Shown one piece after another: positions 1-10,798 of a DNA stretch of 43,405 bases (position 1 is the first letter of the stretch; each line of letters opens with the position of its first letter). Under the pieces are notes generated by a model. The model was not told the origin of the DNA. It did not search any database and was given only the letters and a program-made list of their open reading frames with translations. The position numbers and the translations under genes were made by a program. The stretch comes from Paraphysomonas bandaiensis (taxonomy: Eukaryota > Protista > Chrysophyceae). The stretch spans positions 1-43,405 of the forward strand of contig CBFFRP010000213.1 in NCBI GenBank assembly GCA_965644295.1. Reading direction: 5' to 3'.

Positions 1-190
1 GCTCTATGCGTATCTTATACAGTCACTTCAAGTACTAAACTGAAAATAACATTTCCTATCTACTGCGCTGTATTCTTCTTCGGTGTCCTACAGGATGTAT
101 ACCATTCCAATACGGTGCAAATATACTGCAGTACACCACACAGCTCACTCCGTCCCATGTACCTGTAGATGTACCTGTATACCTGTACTG

Positions 191-320
191 CATCACCATG
201 TACATGTACCTGTATACCTGTACTGTTGGACACATCACCATGTACATGTACCTGTATACCTGTACTGTTGGACACATCACCATGTACATGTACCTGTATA
301 CCTGTACTGTTGGACACATC
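191..320. repeat. Tandem repeat, 42-bp unit x3 (catcaccatgtacatgtacctgtatacctgtactgttggaca) with a partial copy upstream
   Basis: Exact copies start at 191, 233 and 275. It explains the repetitive ORFs at 56-811. Confidence 0.95.
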
Positions 321-379
321 TCCGGCTGTCTCTCTCTCTGTCCAACACACTCATAGCACCGCTGCACTGTCATACACAC

Positions 380-1035
380 GCACCTTACACTCTACCTCTT
401 CCTCGAGAACCTCCAGACAAATTATTTCCCCTCCCTCCGTCTCTGACACCTTGTCGTCATCTTCCTTCCACACACACTCTATGCCTCAGCCTGTACCCCC
501 CTGCACCAACACAGACACTAACAAGGGCAGCTGAGGACGTCCGAGTGTCTCCTCCAGACCATCATCATCTCGTGCATAGGTCTATCAGAGTACCCGACCT
601 TAACAGACCTAGTTCTGTTGCGCAGTCCCACTCTCCTCAATCAGATGTTGCCTCTTTTGCACCATCACACTCCCTCTCGACTCCCTGTTGCTGGGCACAC
701 CAGATAACCCTCATATCCCACCCCTGTCCAGCTATACACTCTCTTGCATGTGCTCTCTACCGTTGGCTAAGACAGCAAAAGAGTCGATTTCGACGCTTCT
801 TCACAGTGTAGGCCATAACCTTTTGCAAGACCTTCATCCACATACCTCCGAGCCACTTGGCACAATGCGTAAAGGAAGGCCACCAGATCGCCAATATAAG
901 CAGGGTATAGTACTGTGTTCCCCTGGTTGCCGTGAAGTACATAAGGCAGTCCCCGATGCAAATTGCACACAATGTATGTGTAGTCTTAAGCGTTCCAGTG
1001 TTGTAGTAGTAGACTTAGATCACTGCTTTCACTTG
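380..1035 (+). mobile_element. Probable degenerate 3' portion of a non-LTR retrotransposon (continues after the MULE at 25509-25805)
   Basis: C/A-rich sense strand with a Pro/Ser/His-rich translation containing EPPD, SPPD and KGRPPD. The non-LTR ORF at 33386 also ends in KGRPPD*. The 5' boundary is uncertain. Confidence 0.4.
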
Positions 1036-1160
1036 GGGATATATTATTCAACCTAGTCAATTTGGTGGACTTTCCTAGTCACTCCAAAATTGGTGTAATA
1101 ACCTAGTCAAAGCAATAAATGACTCAACCTAGCCAATTATAGTATTAAACCTAGTCATGA
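1036..1160 (+). repeat. MULE left TIR plus subterminal acctagtca motifs
   Basis: Reverse complement of the right end, with about five (a/t)cctag(t/c)ca copies. Confidence 0.9.
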
Positions 1161-1953
1161 ATTGTACTCGCATATATAGCTACGAATTACAGAAGCATGA
1201 GGTCATAGAAGGTGAATTAAAATCAATACAACATAGATCAGGCGAACACAAAGCTAAAGAGCAGTAATATAGTAAGATATAACAGCATGGGCAGGACTCC
1301 ATCGCTCTCCAATGCTCTAATAGGCTTTTGTACACCATTCTTTCTCAACACAATCTCCATAGATGTCCTTCAGTCGCTTTCAGAAATATTGATGAAACCT
1401 TGTACTCTGGGGGGTCTATCAGCATCACTTAATTTAATAATATAACTATGAATTATCATGCACAAGTGTGACAACAACACGCTACAACCTCTCACACACC
1501 AAACTACACACTGAAAACGACTGGTTTGGAAACCAAATCGCATCTTGAAAAGATTTGCAGTTTGCTGGTGGATGCTTCACAGCTGAAACATTCTGACTGT
1601 ACAAGATACTTGCTCCATACCATACGAAGTATTAGTGGTTTAGAGGAGAGCATATAAACAACCATTCTAAGATTAAGTAATCTGATATATTATTATAATA
1701 TAGCAATAATATAGATATATCTATATATATATCCTTACCTATGGATTCTATGAGTCAGTGCTTAGAGGAAAAGAAGAAGTGTTGAAGCAACCTTAAGACA
1801 AACGTGGGACAAATGTTGAAATTTGGGACTTTTGATTGAAAGCTATATTCTACGAGTATTTTTAATGTTGATTTGTCCCGAAGTGTTATTCGAGTAGTTT
1901 GCAAGAAGTTTTCATAATAATAATATGATATTTTAATAAAATATATGAATCAT

Positions 1954-3228
1954 CTATTCTTTATAAGTGGTAACCGTGCGTCTGTTACGTTTTCCGATAA
2001 CTTCTGGGGCTGAACCTACTGCACCAGTATCTTTCCATTCATAAGGTACAACTTCTACTTCATAACTACCACAAGTTCTATTGACTCTTTTTCCTGATGG
2101 CTTGGGTCGAGGTTTCAGCAGTTTCTCTTCCATTCCTTCAACTACTTCACCGTCTATGAACTCTATATCATATTTTCCATTTTTGTAATCTAATACAACA
2201 CCATTAAAATTGTGAATATTTCTAATCTTTTCACCTATTGCAAACAACTGTACGTGTCCACTACTATTCTCAGCACTACTATCGCCGCAATAGTTTTCAT
2301 TTCCACTTTCTTCACTCATACTGTCTTCGTTTCCACTTTCTTCACTCATACTGTCTTCACTTGAACAGAGCTCCTCCTCACTGGAACTGGTAACTTGAAG
2401 TCGTGGACGCTTTTTCTTATGGGCAACCTTACGACGAACAGTTCTATGCAACTCAAAATCACTGTCATCATCGGAGACATCAGACAATACAACACCACGG
2501 TCAAGATTGAGTGGATGCTGCTGCAGGTCATTACGCCCTCCAAGAGTAGCTGCATCCCTCAGAACAATAACGCCATCGGCCTGTCCCCCAATGCCATCGA
2601 CAGGTGCATCTATCTCCCCATATGCAATCCAACCTTCCGCCACCTTATGCTCAAATGAATTCATAGGGTCATCGGCTGGGAAAAACTGACCACCCCGCTT
2701 ATTCCTCCAATAAACCCTCTTGCCTCCACTTCGGATATTAATCACTTGTCCTTGACGAACTAATCGAGATGCCATATCAGTTGGGAACTCTCTCCCCAGA
2801 ACAAACTCAAATATTCCAACCTCATCTGCAGCCAGCTTCTTCCTTCTCTTCCACTTCCTGAAGACCTGAACTTGTACAACTTCTCCGTTAATCATACAGC
2901 GCTCAACACGCGCACTGAACTCAACGTGGTGATCTAATCGCTTAAAGCCCCATCGACTCCATCGAACACAATCTGTGGTGCGCATCCGCTGAAGATCGCC
3001 GGCTATATTGCGATCACTCAAGGGAACAACCTCCACAGGATCCACAGGTTCCCCTGATAAAAGGATATCACCAAGTGGTATCCGAAGACGGTGGTCTTTA
3101 AGGTATTCTGCTACCGTATCCACACGTGGAATTTCTGACCTTGCCCACTCGTTCCATTCATGGAGAGCAGATTGATGTTTTCCTTGGAATTCCATTCGGC
3201 ATTTGTATAAGACCTCTATACCTCCAGC
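1954..3228 (-). pseudogene. C-terminal part of a Sola-like transposase (catalytic core deleted), with an acidic tract and a Tudor/SH3-like tail
   Basis: HEWNEWARSEIPRVDTVAEYLKDHRLRIPLGDILLSGEP...TDCVRWSRWG aligns with E transposase DEWKHFRDYIAPQTDDVEDFIKDHPLHIPFFNQLVKGEP...TDYVHWSRRG. Contains a 30-bp tandem duplication at 2300-2358 (EDSMSEESGN x2). Confidence 0.75.
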
Positions 3229-3229
3229 T

Positions 3230-3535
3230 CATTCTCGCTCGGCGGAAGAAATCACGATTGCAAAACAAAGAAGTGAGATTGATGCGCTGATGCAAGTTGC
3301 GGAGAGTTTAAGAGAGGTCATCAAAGCTCGCGATGACGAATTGGTTAAAATGCAGCAGCCCAAGAAGCTAAAACGAAAGCGAGAGACTGCAAAATCCAAG
3401 AAGAAGAGCAGGAAAAGGCGACAACTAAGTGAAAATGATTTAATCATGTATGAACGTGATTCGGAATTAATTGCAACTAACAGTAGACAGGCCCAAGAAA
3501 TACGCCGTCTACGATTCTTACAGACGCAGGAATAG
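3230..3535 (+). pseudogene. 3' fragment of the element D accessory gene (coiled coil plus basic NLS-like tract)
   Basis: Open frame with no ATG at its 5' end, beginning at the inferred deletion junction. Its position, orientation and composition mirror the C-terminus of E's accessory gene. Confidence 0.5.
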
Positions 3536-3770
3536 TTATTATTGTAAGGTGCTTATAACTATAATTTACTACTATACCAATAATTCTATTGAAATCTCCT
3601 ATTCATTTGTTACAAAATTCAAGCACTTAAAATAGTTTCGTAGCCACTATATAATATTATTACACTGTTATAATAACACTAGTTTAATGAAAACCATAAG
3701 TATAGGATGAGGTACAAAGGGGTCCAAAACGTGGGAAATTTTTTTTCCCACGTTTGTCTTAAGGTTGCTT

Positions 3771-5625
3771 TTGGTTAACGAGGTTGTTGACAGAACACCG
3801 GATAGATCTTCGGATCTTCCAAGTTCTTTGGAAAAGCGGCCGTATTTATTATCTTCAGACGAAGATACTGGGGATAATGATGACGACAGTGATTTCGATG
3901 AGTTGTCGAATATCCCGCTTTTTACGCCGCCAAAGAAAAAAAGGGGTTTTGAGTGGAGAAAAATACAACAATCTCAGAAGAACACCCTCGTGAAGGGGCA
4001 TTCCTGGTACAGTCCCCTGAGGAATGGGGTGGTGAAGAAGTGTGTTATTATGCACCAAGACTGTGAGCACTTTGTGAAAGTGCTCCAGACAGGAGAAGTG
4101 TACGAGCGAGGTGTGCATAGTACACTCCTCAATGTAAACGTCCCCAAGTCGAGGGGAATATCTCCTCAAATCATTGACGAGGTAGATGAGAAAATCCGCG
4201 AAGGTTTCATGCCGACATACATTTCCAACTTTTACAAAAGCCACTCGGAGTACCGAAACGTTGCTCCCACTGTTCACCAAGTATCGAATCGAAAGAAATT
4301 TCTACATAAAAGCACTTTAAAAGTGGATTCAGTGAAGGAGCTGCAGTCCTATCTGCAGTCCAAGACTGTAAGTATACACTTTACTGATATTATATACTTC
4401 ACCTAGACTTATGTTATCAACGTACAGGTACCTATTGCAGGACTTATGTGCCGTGATATTGTGAACTGTCCGGAAGAAGAGAGCGCAGATATGCTGGTGC
4501 TAAAAACTTTCCAGCAGGAAAGCCAGGATGACGATGGCAACCCTGTAGTATGTTGTGACGGCTGGATATTTTCCAGCTATCATGAGCTCGATAATTTTAT
4601 CGCTGTACTCAAGGCATACAAGGAGACAGGTCTGTGCCTTTCCGTAGATTCCACGTATAAGAAGGTGACGAATAAAGGGTGGACATTGACTGCCCTAATT
4701 GCCGACAACCTCATAGAATCACGTGGAGGTAAGTTCACCTAAAGTACTCATACCTTTAATGTAAAATGTGCTTAGGGGCTAAGAACAAGCACAGGCTTGT
4801 AAATAAGTTATATTTAGATACAGCGATTGGTCATGCCAAGGTAACGGGATATGTATACACTGTGTATGCATTATATTTAATAATATTAAACGTTTACGAT
4901 GTACAGATGCTACGTGCCATATCCGAAAGGAGAATATTTATACTAATGCGTGATGCCGTTGTTAGAGAGTGGCGAAGTAATGGGGAAGATGACTATGCAG
5001 ACTGGTTTTGCAAGGTATACCTTGCTTCTAGTTCTAATACACGGCTATTGCTAATAAGACGACATTCACTACTATAGGTATACCTCGCTGAGGAGTGGAA
5101 TGGGGGTACATTCAACGTAGGGGCACCGGGCATACCCGGTCACGCCCCGCAGAACAATACATCGGAGTCATTATTTCGATCTATTAAGTTACAGATTAAG
5201 GAGAGGGCGGCTATATGGCACATTTTATAGAGGTCTCTATTCCTTCTATGTTGAGACATCTGCGAGAAAAGTACCGGGTCACTAGGGTCAATTTCTTATG
5301 TAATGATCAGCTTGCTTTACTGCAACATGGTCACGTGCATCGAGACTGCCTGCTTGGCGCATGCTCTATTATTGATCCAGGTCCTCAAAACTGTAAACGC
5401 ATGGATGTAGTAGTGAAAGGTAGAAATGAAGTCCATTGGTTAGTAACTCTAATTTATTATATATAATTATGCGTCAGTAACATAAGTTTTCTAATAGGTA
5501 TGTGAACTCAAAGAAAAACTTGTTCATTGAACACACCGGTGAGAATCGAATGACCAAGTCTTTCATAGATATGTTCCATTGCGTTAAAGGAAGAGACACA
5601 TAATATCAAGTAGAGGAATGTAGGG
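3771..5625 (+). pseudogene. MULE transposase, 5' and central exons
   Basis: Exons bounded by GT/AG (e.g. donor 4368, acceptor 4427). Motifs LSVDSTYK (first catalytic D) and QNNTSESLFRSIK (catalytic E). The second Asp and CxxH were not found. Cut by gypsy A at 5625. Confidence 0.75.
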
Positions 5626-6640
5626 TGTGACGTAACCCGGTTTGAAAACCGAAATCACGGCTCGCAGTATATGTATACCACAAAAACACGCAAGTGTAAT
5701 AACAATGTATTATTTATGTTGTGACTACTCTAAGCAATAACCTAATGCCCGGTTAATGATTTCCGCCAGAAATCACCACGCAGGTAACACCGCCAGTGCA
5801 ACAAGATCGTTGGCACCAAGCACTTCGGTTAAGCCTAAACAAGTGCATAACACCATAGCATACATGTTACACCCACTCCTACTCCTCAACAACATCACAA
5901 CACCCTGCAACGTCATCACTACCCACAGAAACGTGTTTATTCTATAAACTGAATACACACAGCAACCTAGGAGCAACGTATAACCGCATACTAATAGTAC
6001 ACTACATCCTACGTTTTACTTTCTACCTAAATTCCCTTACAAAAACAGTATACCGCCACTTTGGTGTATTTTAGCATTCAAGAACCCAAAATCCCTAATA
6101 TCCAGGTTATGCGTAAATACAACCTTGCATACCAGGTATTACATATCACAATTGATTCCCCACTGAGTCTGGTATGAACACTCGTACACCTCGAGTATAT
6201 AATATCCATTCTCCGTTGATGTGATATGTACTTGCCCCCCTATAGGGTAGTATGAGTAATGCCAGTACGTATTCCTATGGAAGTATACACTGCAACTGCT
6301 ACACTGGAATACTGACCCACATAACTTTATTATAAATTTGTGGCAGGTTTCACATTGCGTGAAGTCACCATCAGCAGATCATAGTGTACATCATCATCGG
6401 CAGATAAAGTGGACATCACACCTGAACGTTGATTCCGTGTGTAGGTACATCATAGCTCGTTACCCCATCTTAATGAGTATAACATAGAATATGCATCCTA
6501 GACATGGTATAGGGTCCTGATGATATAATGTTCTTGATATAGGGTCCTAAGCTAATATCACAGGGTCCTGAATGGGCAATGCATGCAGTTCTGGTACTAT
6601 AGCCACGTAGATAGGGCATAGGAAATGCCACGTGGTCACA
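5626..6640 (-). repeat. Element A 3' LTR
   Basis: Direct repeat of 23632-24646, adjacent to the PPT. Confidence 0.96.
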
Positions 6641-6656
6641 CTGCCTCCCCCCCTCG
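6641..6656 (-). other. Polypurine tract of element A (cgagggggggaggcag)
   Basis: Purine-rich run immediately 5' of the 3' LTR on the minus strand. Confidence 0.85.
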
Positions 6657-6811
6657 TTTTTGTGAGAAATCCATGGTCGCACACATGTCAATGGGACTAG
6701 GTTTGAAATAGCCATCCAAACGAACCACCATGGAGTATTATTATCATATTATAGATGTAATTCGGAGAATACTGAAAAATTTCACATCGTAAATTGTAGA
6801 GTAGGAACACT

Positions 6812-9800
6812 TTATACCGACTGATTAACTTGTGGAAATTTGCTGGCAAATTCCTCGTCTACCAAGACCATTGTAGAAGAATCAAATTCTTTATGGGCAA
6901 AACAATGGATATGGTAATTATCAAGTCGGAAAGTTTGTTTAGTCATCACATTTTTAGTTGAGAGTATCCGTTTGGAACTTTTATGATACCAATGTGTGAA
7001 GACAAAACGTGCAACATAAGTAATAAAATGAGAATCCGGTAACTCCAGGCTTTCATACCACAGGTCCCCGAAAACTCTTAAGTCAACATAAGCCTCATCA
7101 CCTGGCTGAAAACTAGTGATAGGCTGCTTACGGATTTTTGCAATATATTCCTTTGCCTCTTTAACCGGATAAATAAGATGATATAAATATCTTTTCTTAG
7201 AACAGAAATCGGCATATGGAATAGAGTCAAAAATATCCTTACTGAATGGAATGTCACGAACATCACCATCCTGAAATTTCACAGTGAAAACTAGAGAGGT
7301 TCTGGTGTCTCTATCACCTCTGTAGTATAGAATCGTGTCAATCACATGCTGTTCATGGTCTCTACAAGCCATGTTATACGCTGTGTCTTGATCACCCGCA
7401 AAAAGTTTAACCTCCCGCACATCGACTTTCACAACTTGTCCTGTCACCAAATGTCTGCAATCAATGTCATTTTTATATTGAGATATGACTTTGAAAGGAC
7501 CCATATAGCGGTGAGACATCTTAGGATGGACTTTAGCACCCTTGTCGAACAAAACAAGATCTCCCGGCTGATATCTGTTCTGCTTGTCGGCCGGTATACC
7601 TTGGCTAGCCCGCTCTTGCACAAGACGCTGTTGATAAGCATGCGAAGCTGCCCTGAGCTCACGAAGGTTATCATTAAAACGTTTAAGTCGTGCATGCGCA
7701 TCCTGGGAAAGAGAGTCGGTGTCCACGTTAAAATAACGCTTATCCTCCGATCCAAAAGTCAACTCGAATGGTGAGAAACCCGTCTCAGATGACACTTCAG
7801 AGTTAAGAATGTGTTGGACACTGGCGATCCAGCTAGGATCTTCAAAAACATCTGTGCGCTCTTGACGCTCGCTAGCATCATATACTAGAGCTCGTAGGTG
7901 ACGTACTACCTCACCTATGATACGTTCTGAGCCATTCGCATGCCGGTTGGCTATACTGAACGTATGGCGCATTCCCATGTATTCCGTTAGCTGTTGGGAT
8001 AGATCCGAAGTTAAATCCGGACCCTGGTCTGAAATCACGACATCCGTGTGACCGTAATAGGACCAATACTTCCACACAGTATTCGCTAAATTCAAAGCCG
8101 TTACTCCTTTTACTGGTTCCAGAAAAACGAGCTTTGTGTGAAGGTTCACTATCACATTGATATGAGTGTAACCGTCCTTGCCATGTGGAGTAATCTCCAC
8201 TGCATCAATTCCAATAGCACTGCGAGCCCCCGGTGGTTTTAGGTTGCGCACTATGGGAATAAGTGCTTCCTTCATGGCTAACCGGGTTTTTACGCAAGTT
8301 GGACAGTTGGATATATATTCTGCTACCACCTGATATGGTATTCCATGCCCTGGAAAACGTTTATTGAGACGAATCCAAGTAGCTTTCCCTCCAAGATGAC
8401 CCACGCGAGAGTTGTGTACCTCACGCAAGCATTCCTCACGAGATATATTCATGGAAGGTTGTTCTTGGTCACTGAGATCCGACGGGTCCATAAAATTTCC
8501 TAGGAATGAGAAATACTCAGAATCCTGACAGTCCTCTCCCAGAAAATAGGCATCATCCCACATAGAATCATCCAAGAACATGCCCGACAGATAAGCCAGT
8601 TGGTGTTCCCTGGATAACCAGTCTGCTAACCAATTCTGTGCTCCCGAAATATGTCGGATTTTAAAATTGAATGATTGCAAGAATATTCTCCATCTAACAA
8701 TTTTTGGTACCTCAGACGCTTCCATCCAGAGCAAATTGTTATGGTCTGTTTCTATTGTAAACTGCTTTCCAACTAAGTAATACGCTAGCTGTTTAACCGA
8801 ATAGTAGATACCATAGCCCTCCTGCTCTATAGTAGCCCATTTCATTGCTTGCTCTGAAAACTTTTTAGAGATAAAGGCAATAGGTTGCAATTGAGCTTCT
8901 CCTGACGGTAATATCTTCCGTTGTAGTAGTACAGAACCTATACCTAGCTCACTTGCATCAGTCCGTAAAATCCACTCTAACTCATAATCAGGGTAGAAGA
9001 GCTCACAAGCATCTTGTAAACCTTTTATGAAACGTTTGTACTCAGCTTCATAATCATGACGCCAAGTAGATTTATTCCAATTGAAAGATTTCTTGGTGAG
9101 GTCCGTTAGATGACCTACTAAGTCAGAGTACTTTGGCGTGAAGCTGGAAAAGAAAACTCCCTTGCCTAGCAGAGATCTAGCTTGTTTAGTCGATGATGGC
9201 ATGGGTATGTTTGCCAGCGCTTCCTTTTTATCCGGACACACTTCATACGATTTGTGTTTGCACACATATCCAAAAAAATTAACCTTTTTAAAACCAAGCC
9301 AGCTCTTAGCCATTTTCAACTTTATGTTTCTCTCCAGACATCTGTCAATAACTCGTTCCAACTTTTCATAAGCATCCTGGGGATCGTTGGCTAGTATTAG
9401 CATATTATCAAAAATGACGATGGCCCAGTCTGAAAAATCAGCAAATATCTCCCGAACAACCTCTTGCAGTACACCAGTAGCAGGTGCTATACCCTCTGGC
9501 ATGAAATTAGGTGCAAACTGTCCCCATGGCGTTTGAATGGACAATTTCTCGGAAGTTTCCTCATCCAAAGGTATTTGATGAAACGCATTTGTAAGATCTA
9601 TATCCAAATAATATGGAAAATTAATGATCTTGTCAAGTTCATGTTTGACATTGGGAATAGTGTAGTTTCCCACATGCATATGATCATTTATCTTAACGTA
9701 GTCCCCACAAAATCGAATGTAAGGAGGTGTAGCCTTGGGCGCTACTACAAGGCAAGAAGCCCATGGCGATCTACTCTTCCGGTAAAAATACCCACACAGA

Positions 9801-10798
9801 CGACGAAATTCTTTCTCTGATGCTTCCCATAGCTTCGGGTTAATAGGCCTCGCTTTGGGTTTGATCCGATCCGGAAGTGTATCTTTCCACTTAATTTTTA
9901 AAGGTTCAACACCTTTTACACCAGACCACTCATCTGGTACAAAGACTTTAACCGCTTTAGTTCGTAGGAGATGCATCACATTAGTTTGTTCCTTCATCTC
10001 ACTATTAACATGGGTCTCCAACAACTGCTCATAGTCTTTTAAAGCTTCCACTCTAGTCTTTCCTAAGAATACCAAAGCTTCTTTAAATTGAACCGGCAAT
10101 TCGGAATCCTCTTCCTCCGGTGCAATTTGAGTACTCGCTTTAGACCATGGTTCCACTATTTGTCCATGCTCTAAGCCAGACAAATCATGACTCGAAATCT
10201 TCTTGGTATCACTTTCTATCTCATAAGATGTTTGTTCAAAAGCATGCCTCATCAATTCACACATAAAGGGATACAAAGTACCAGTAAGTGCCGGCAATCC
10301 AAGTATGACATCATTATGTTTCATGTCAATAATTAGGAAATCCCCTTTGAACTGATACTGTTTTCCATAAGGGTCAGCCAACAAAAGATTGAGTCTGACT
10401 CCTTGTGTGACTGTTTTTATAGTAGTACTATCCGCCAATACTACTCTATGATTCGCATCGTATAAAAATTCGGGGTTTAGCTCTGGCATTAAACTCTCAA
10501 CCAGACCCCTAGACACATAGTTGGCTGAAAGCGCTCCCGTATCGCAAAGTACGGTGATCAATTTTTCCGAATTCTCTCTCAAATTATTGTTCATTATTAG
10601 CCTTGCTACAGTATGTGCTGATGTCATTTTTCGCGTACTAGGAAAACAAGCATACAGCTTAGCTTGCCCCTCGGTTTGCACAGAACACAATGCCGCCGTG
10701 AATGTAGACTCTTCAAATTGTAAGCAACAATCGTCATCCCCGTCACACCCATTAACTACACTGACATCCTGCGCTCCCCACACGCAATGGTCCTTCCA
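6812..10798 (-). CDS. pol: Element A Pol: aspartic protease, RT, RNase H, integrase, chromodomain-like module, extra C-terminal domain
   Basis: CDTGA; LDIDLTNAFHQ and IFDN; TDAS/EQE/TDH/ADWLSR; HHCC (HNSRVGH..CPTC) and D,D,E (IDAV, SDQG, GSER); YMGPF. The frame is open from just after the TGA at 10799-10801. Confidence 0.95.
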   Translation of the reverse strand, partial: WKDHCVWGAQDVSVVNGCDGDDDCCLQFEESTFTAALCSVQTEGQAKLYACFPSTRKMTSAHTVARLIMNNNLRENSEKLITVLCDTGALSANYVSRGLVESLMPELNPEFLYDANHRVVLADSTTIKTVTQGVRLNLLLADPYGKQYQFKGDFLIIDMKHNDVILGLPALTGTLYPFMCELMRHAFEQTSYEIESDTKKISSHDLSGLEHGQIVEPWSKASTQIAPEEEDSELPVQFKEALVFLGKTRVEALKDYEQLLETHVNSEMKEQTNVMHLLRTKAVKVFVPDEWSGVKGVEPLKIKWKDTLPDRIKPKARPINPKLWEASEKEFRRLCGYFYRKSRSPWASCLVVAPKATPPYIRFCGDYVKINDHMHVGNYTIPNVKHELDKIINFPYYLDIDLTNAFHQIPLDEETSEKLSIQTPWGQFAPNFMPEGIAPATGVLQEVVREIFADFSDWAIVIFDNMLILANDPQDAYEKLERVIDRCLERNIKLKMAKSWLGFKKVNFFGYVCKHKSYEVCPDKKEALANIPMPSSTKQARSLLGKGVFFSSFTPKYSDLVGHLTDLTKKSFNWNKSTWRHDYEAEYKRFIKGLQDACELFYPDYELEWILRTDASELGIGSVLLQRKILPSGEAQLQPIAFISKKFSEQAMKWATIEQEGYGIYYSVKQLAYYLVGKQFTIETDHNNLLWMEASEVPKIVRWRIFLQSFNFKIRHISGAQNWLADWLSREHQLAYLSGMFLDDSMWDDAYFLGEDCQDSEYFSFLGNFMDPSDLSDQEQPSMNISREECLREVHNSRVGHLGGKATWIRLNKRFPGHGIPYQVVAEYISNCPTCVKTRLAMKEALIPIVRNLKPPGARSAIGIDAVEITPHGKDGYTHINVIVNLHTKLVFLEPVKGVTALNLANTVWKYWSYYGHTDVVISDQGPDLTSDLSQQLTEYMGMRHTFSIANRHANGSERIIGEVVRHLRALVYDASERQERTDVFEDPSWIASVQHILNSEVSSETGFSPFELTFGSEDKRYFNVDTDSLSQDAHARLKRFNDNLRELRAASHAYQQRLVQERASQGIPADKQNRYQPGDLVLFDKGAKVHPKMSHRYMGPFKVISQYKNDIDCRHLVTGQVVKVDVREVKLFAGDQDTAYNMACRDHEQHVIDTILYYRGDRDTRTSLVFTVKFQDGDVRDIPFSKDIFDSIPYADFCSKKRYLYHLIYPVKEAKEYIAKIRKQPITSFQPGDEAYVDLRVFGDLWYESLELPDSHFITYVARFVFTHWYHKSSKRILSTKNVMTKQTFRLDNYHIHCFAHKEFDSSTMVLVDEEFASKFPQVNQSV

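Larger units (their letters stand above)
1785..3770. mobile_element. Element D: non-autonomous, internally deleted TIR transposon related to element E
   Basis: Perfect 25-bp TIRs aagcaaccttaagacaaacgtggga (1785-1809 / 3746-3770) and 3-bp TSD ttg (1782-1784 / 3771-3773). Removing it gives a continuous frame ...RGKEEVL-VNEVVDRT... into the MULE transposase region. Confidence 0.85.

Noticed and set aside
191-320. CRISPR-like array
   Set aside because: Head-to-tail identical units with no spacers, no cas genes, and a eukaryotic context.
56-534. Overlapping repetitive ORFs as genes
   Set aside because: They are open because the 42-bp repeat lacks stops in several frames.
1954-3195. MudrB-like second gene or captured host gene of the MULE
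   Set aside because: It is bounded by its own TIRs and TSD and is homologous to E's transposase tail.
1793-3762. piggyBac/Kolobok-type element with a TTAA TSD
   Set aside because: The inverted repeat continues 8 bp outside both TTAAs, and a TTG duplication flanks the longer repeat, so TTAA is internal to the TIR.
5756-5976. Small ORFs duplicated at 23762-23982
   Set aside because: They lie inside the A LTRs and show no coding signature.
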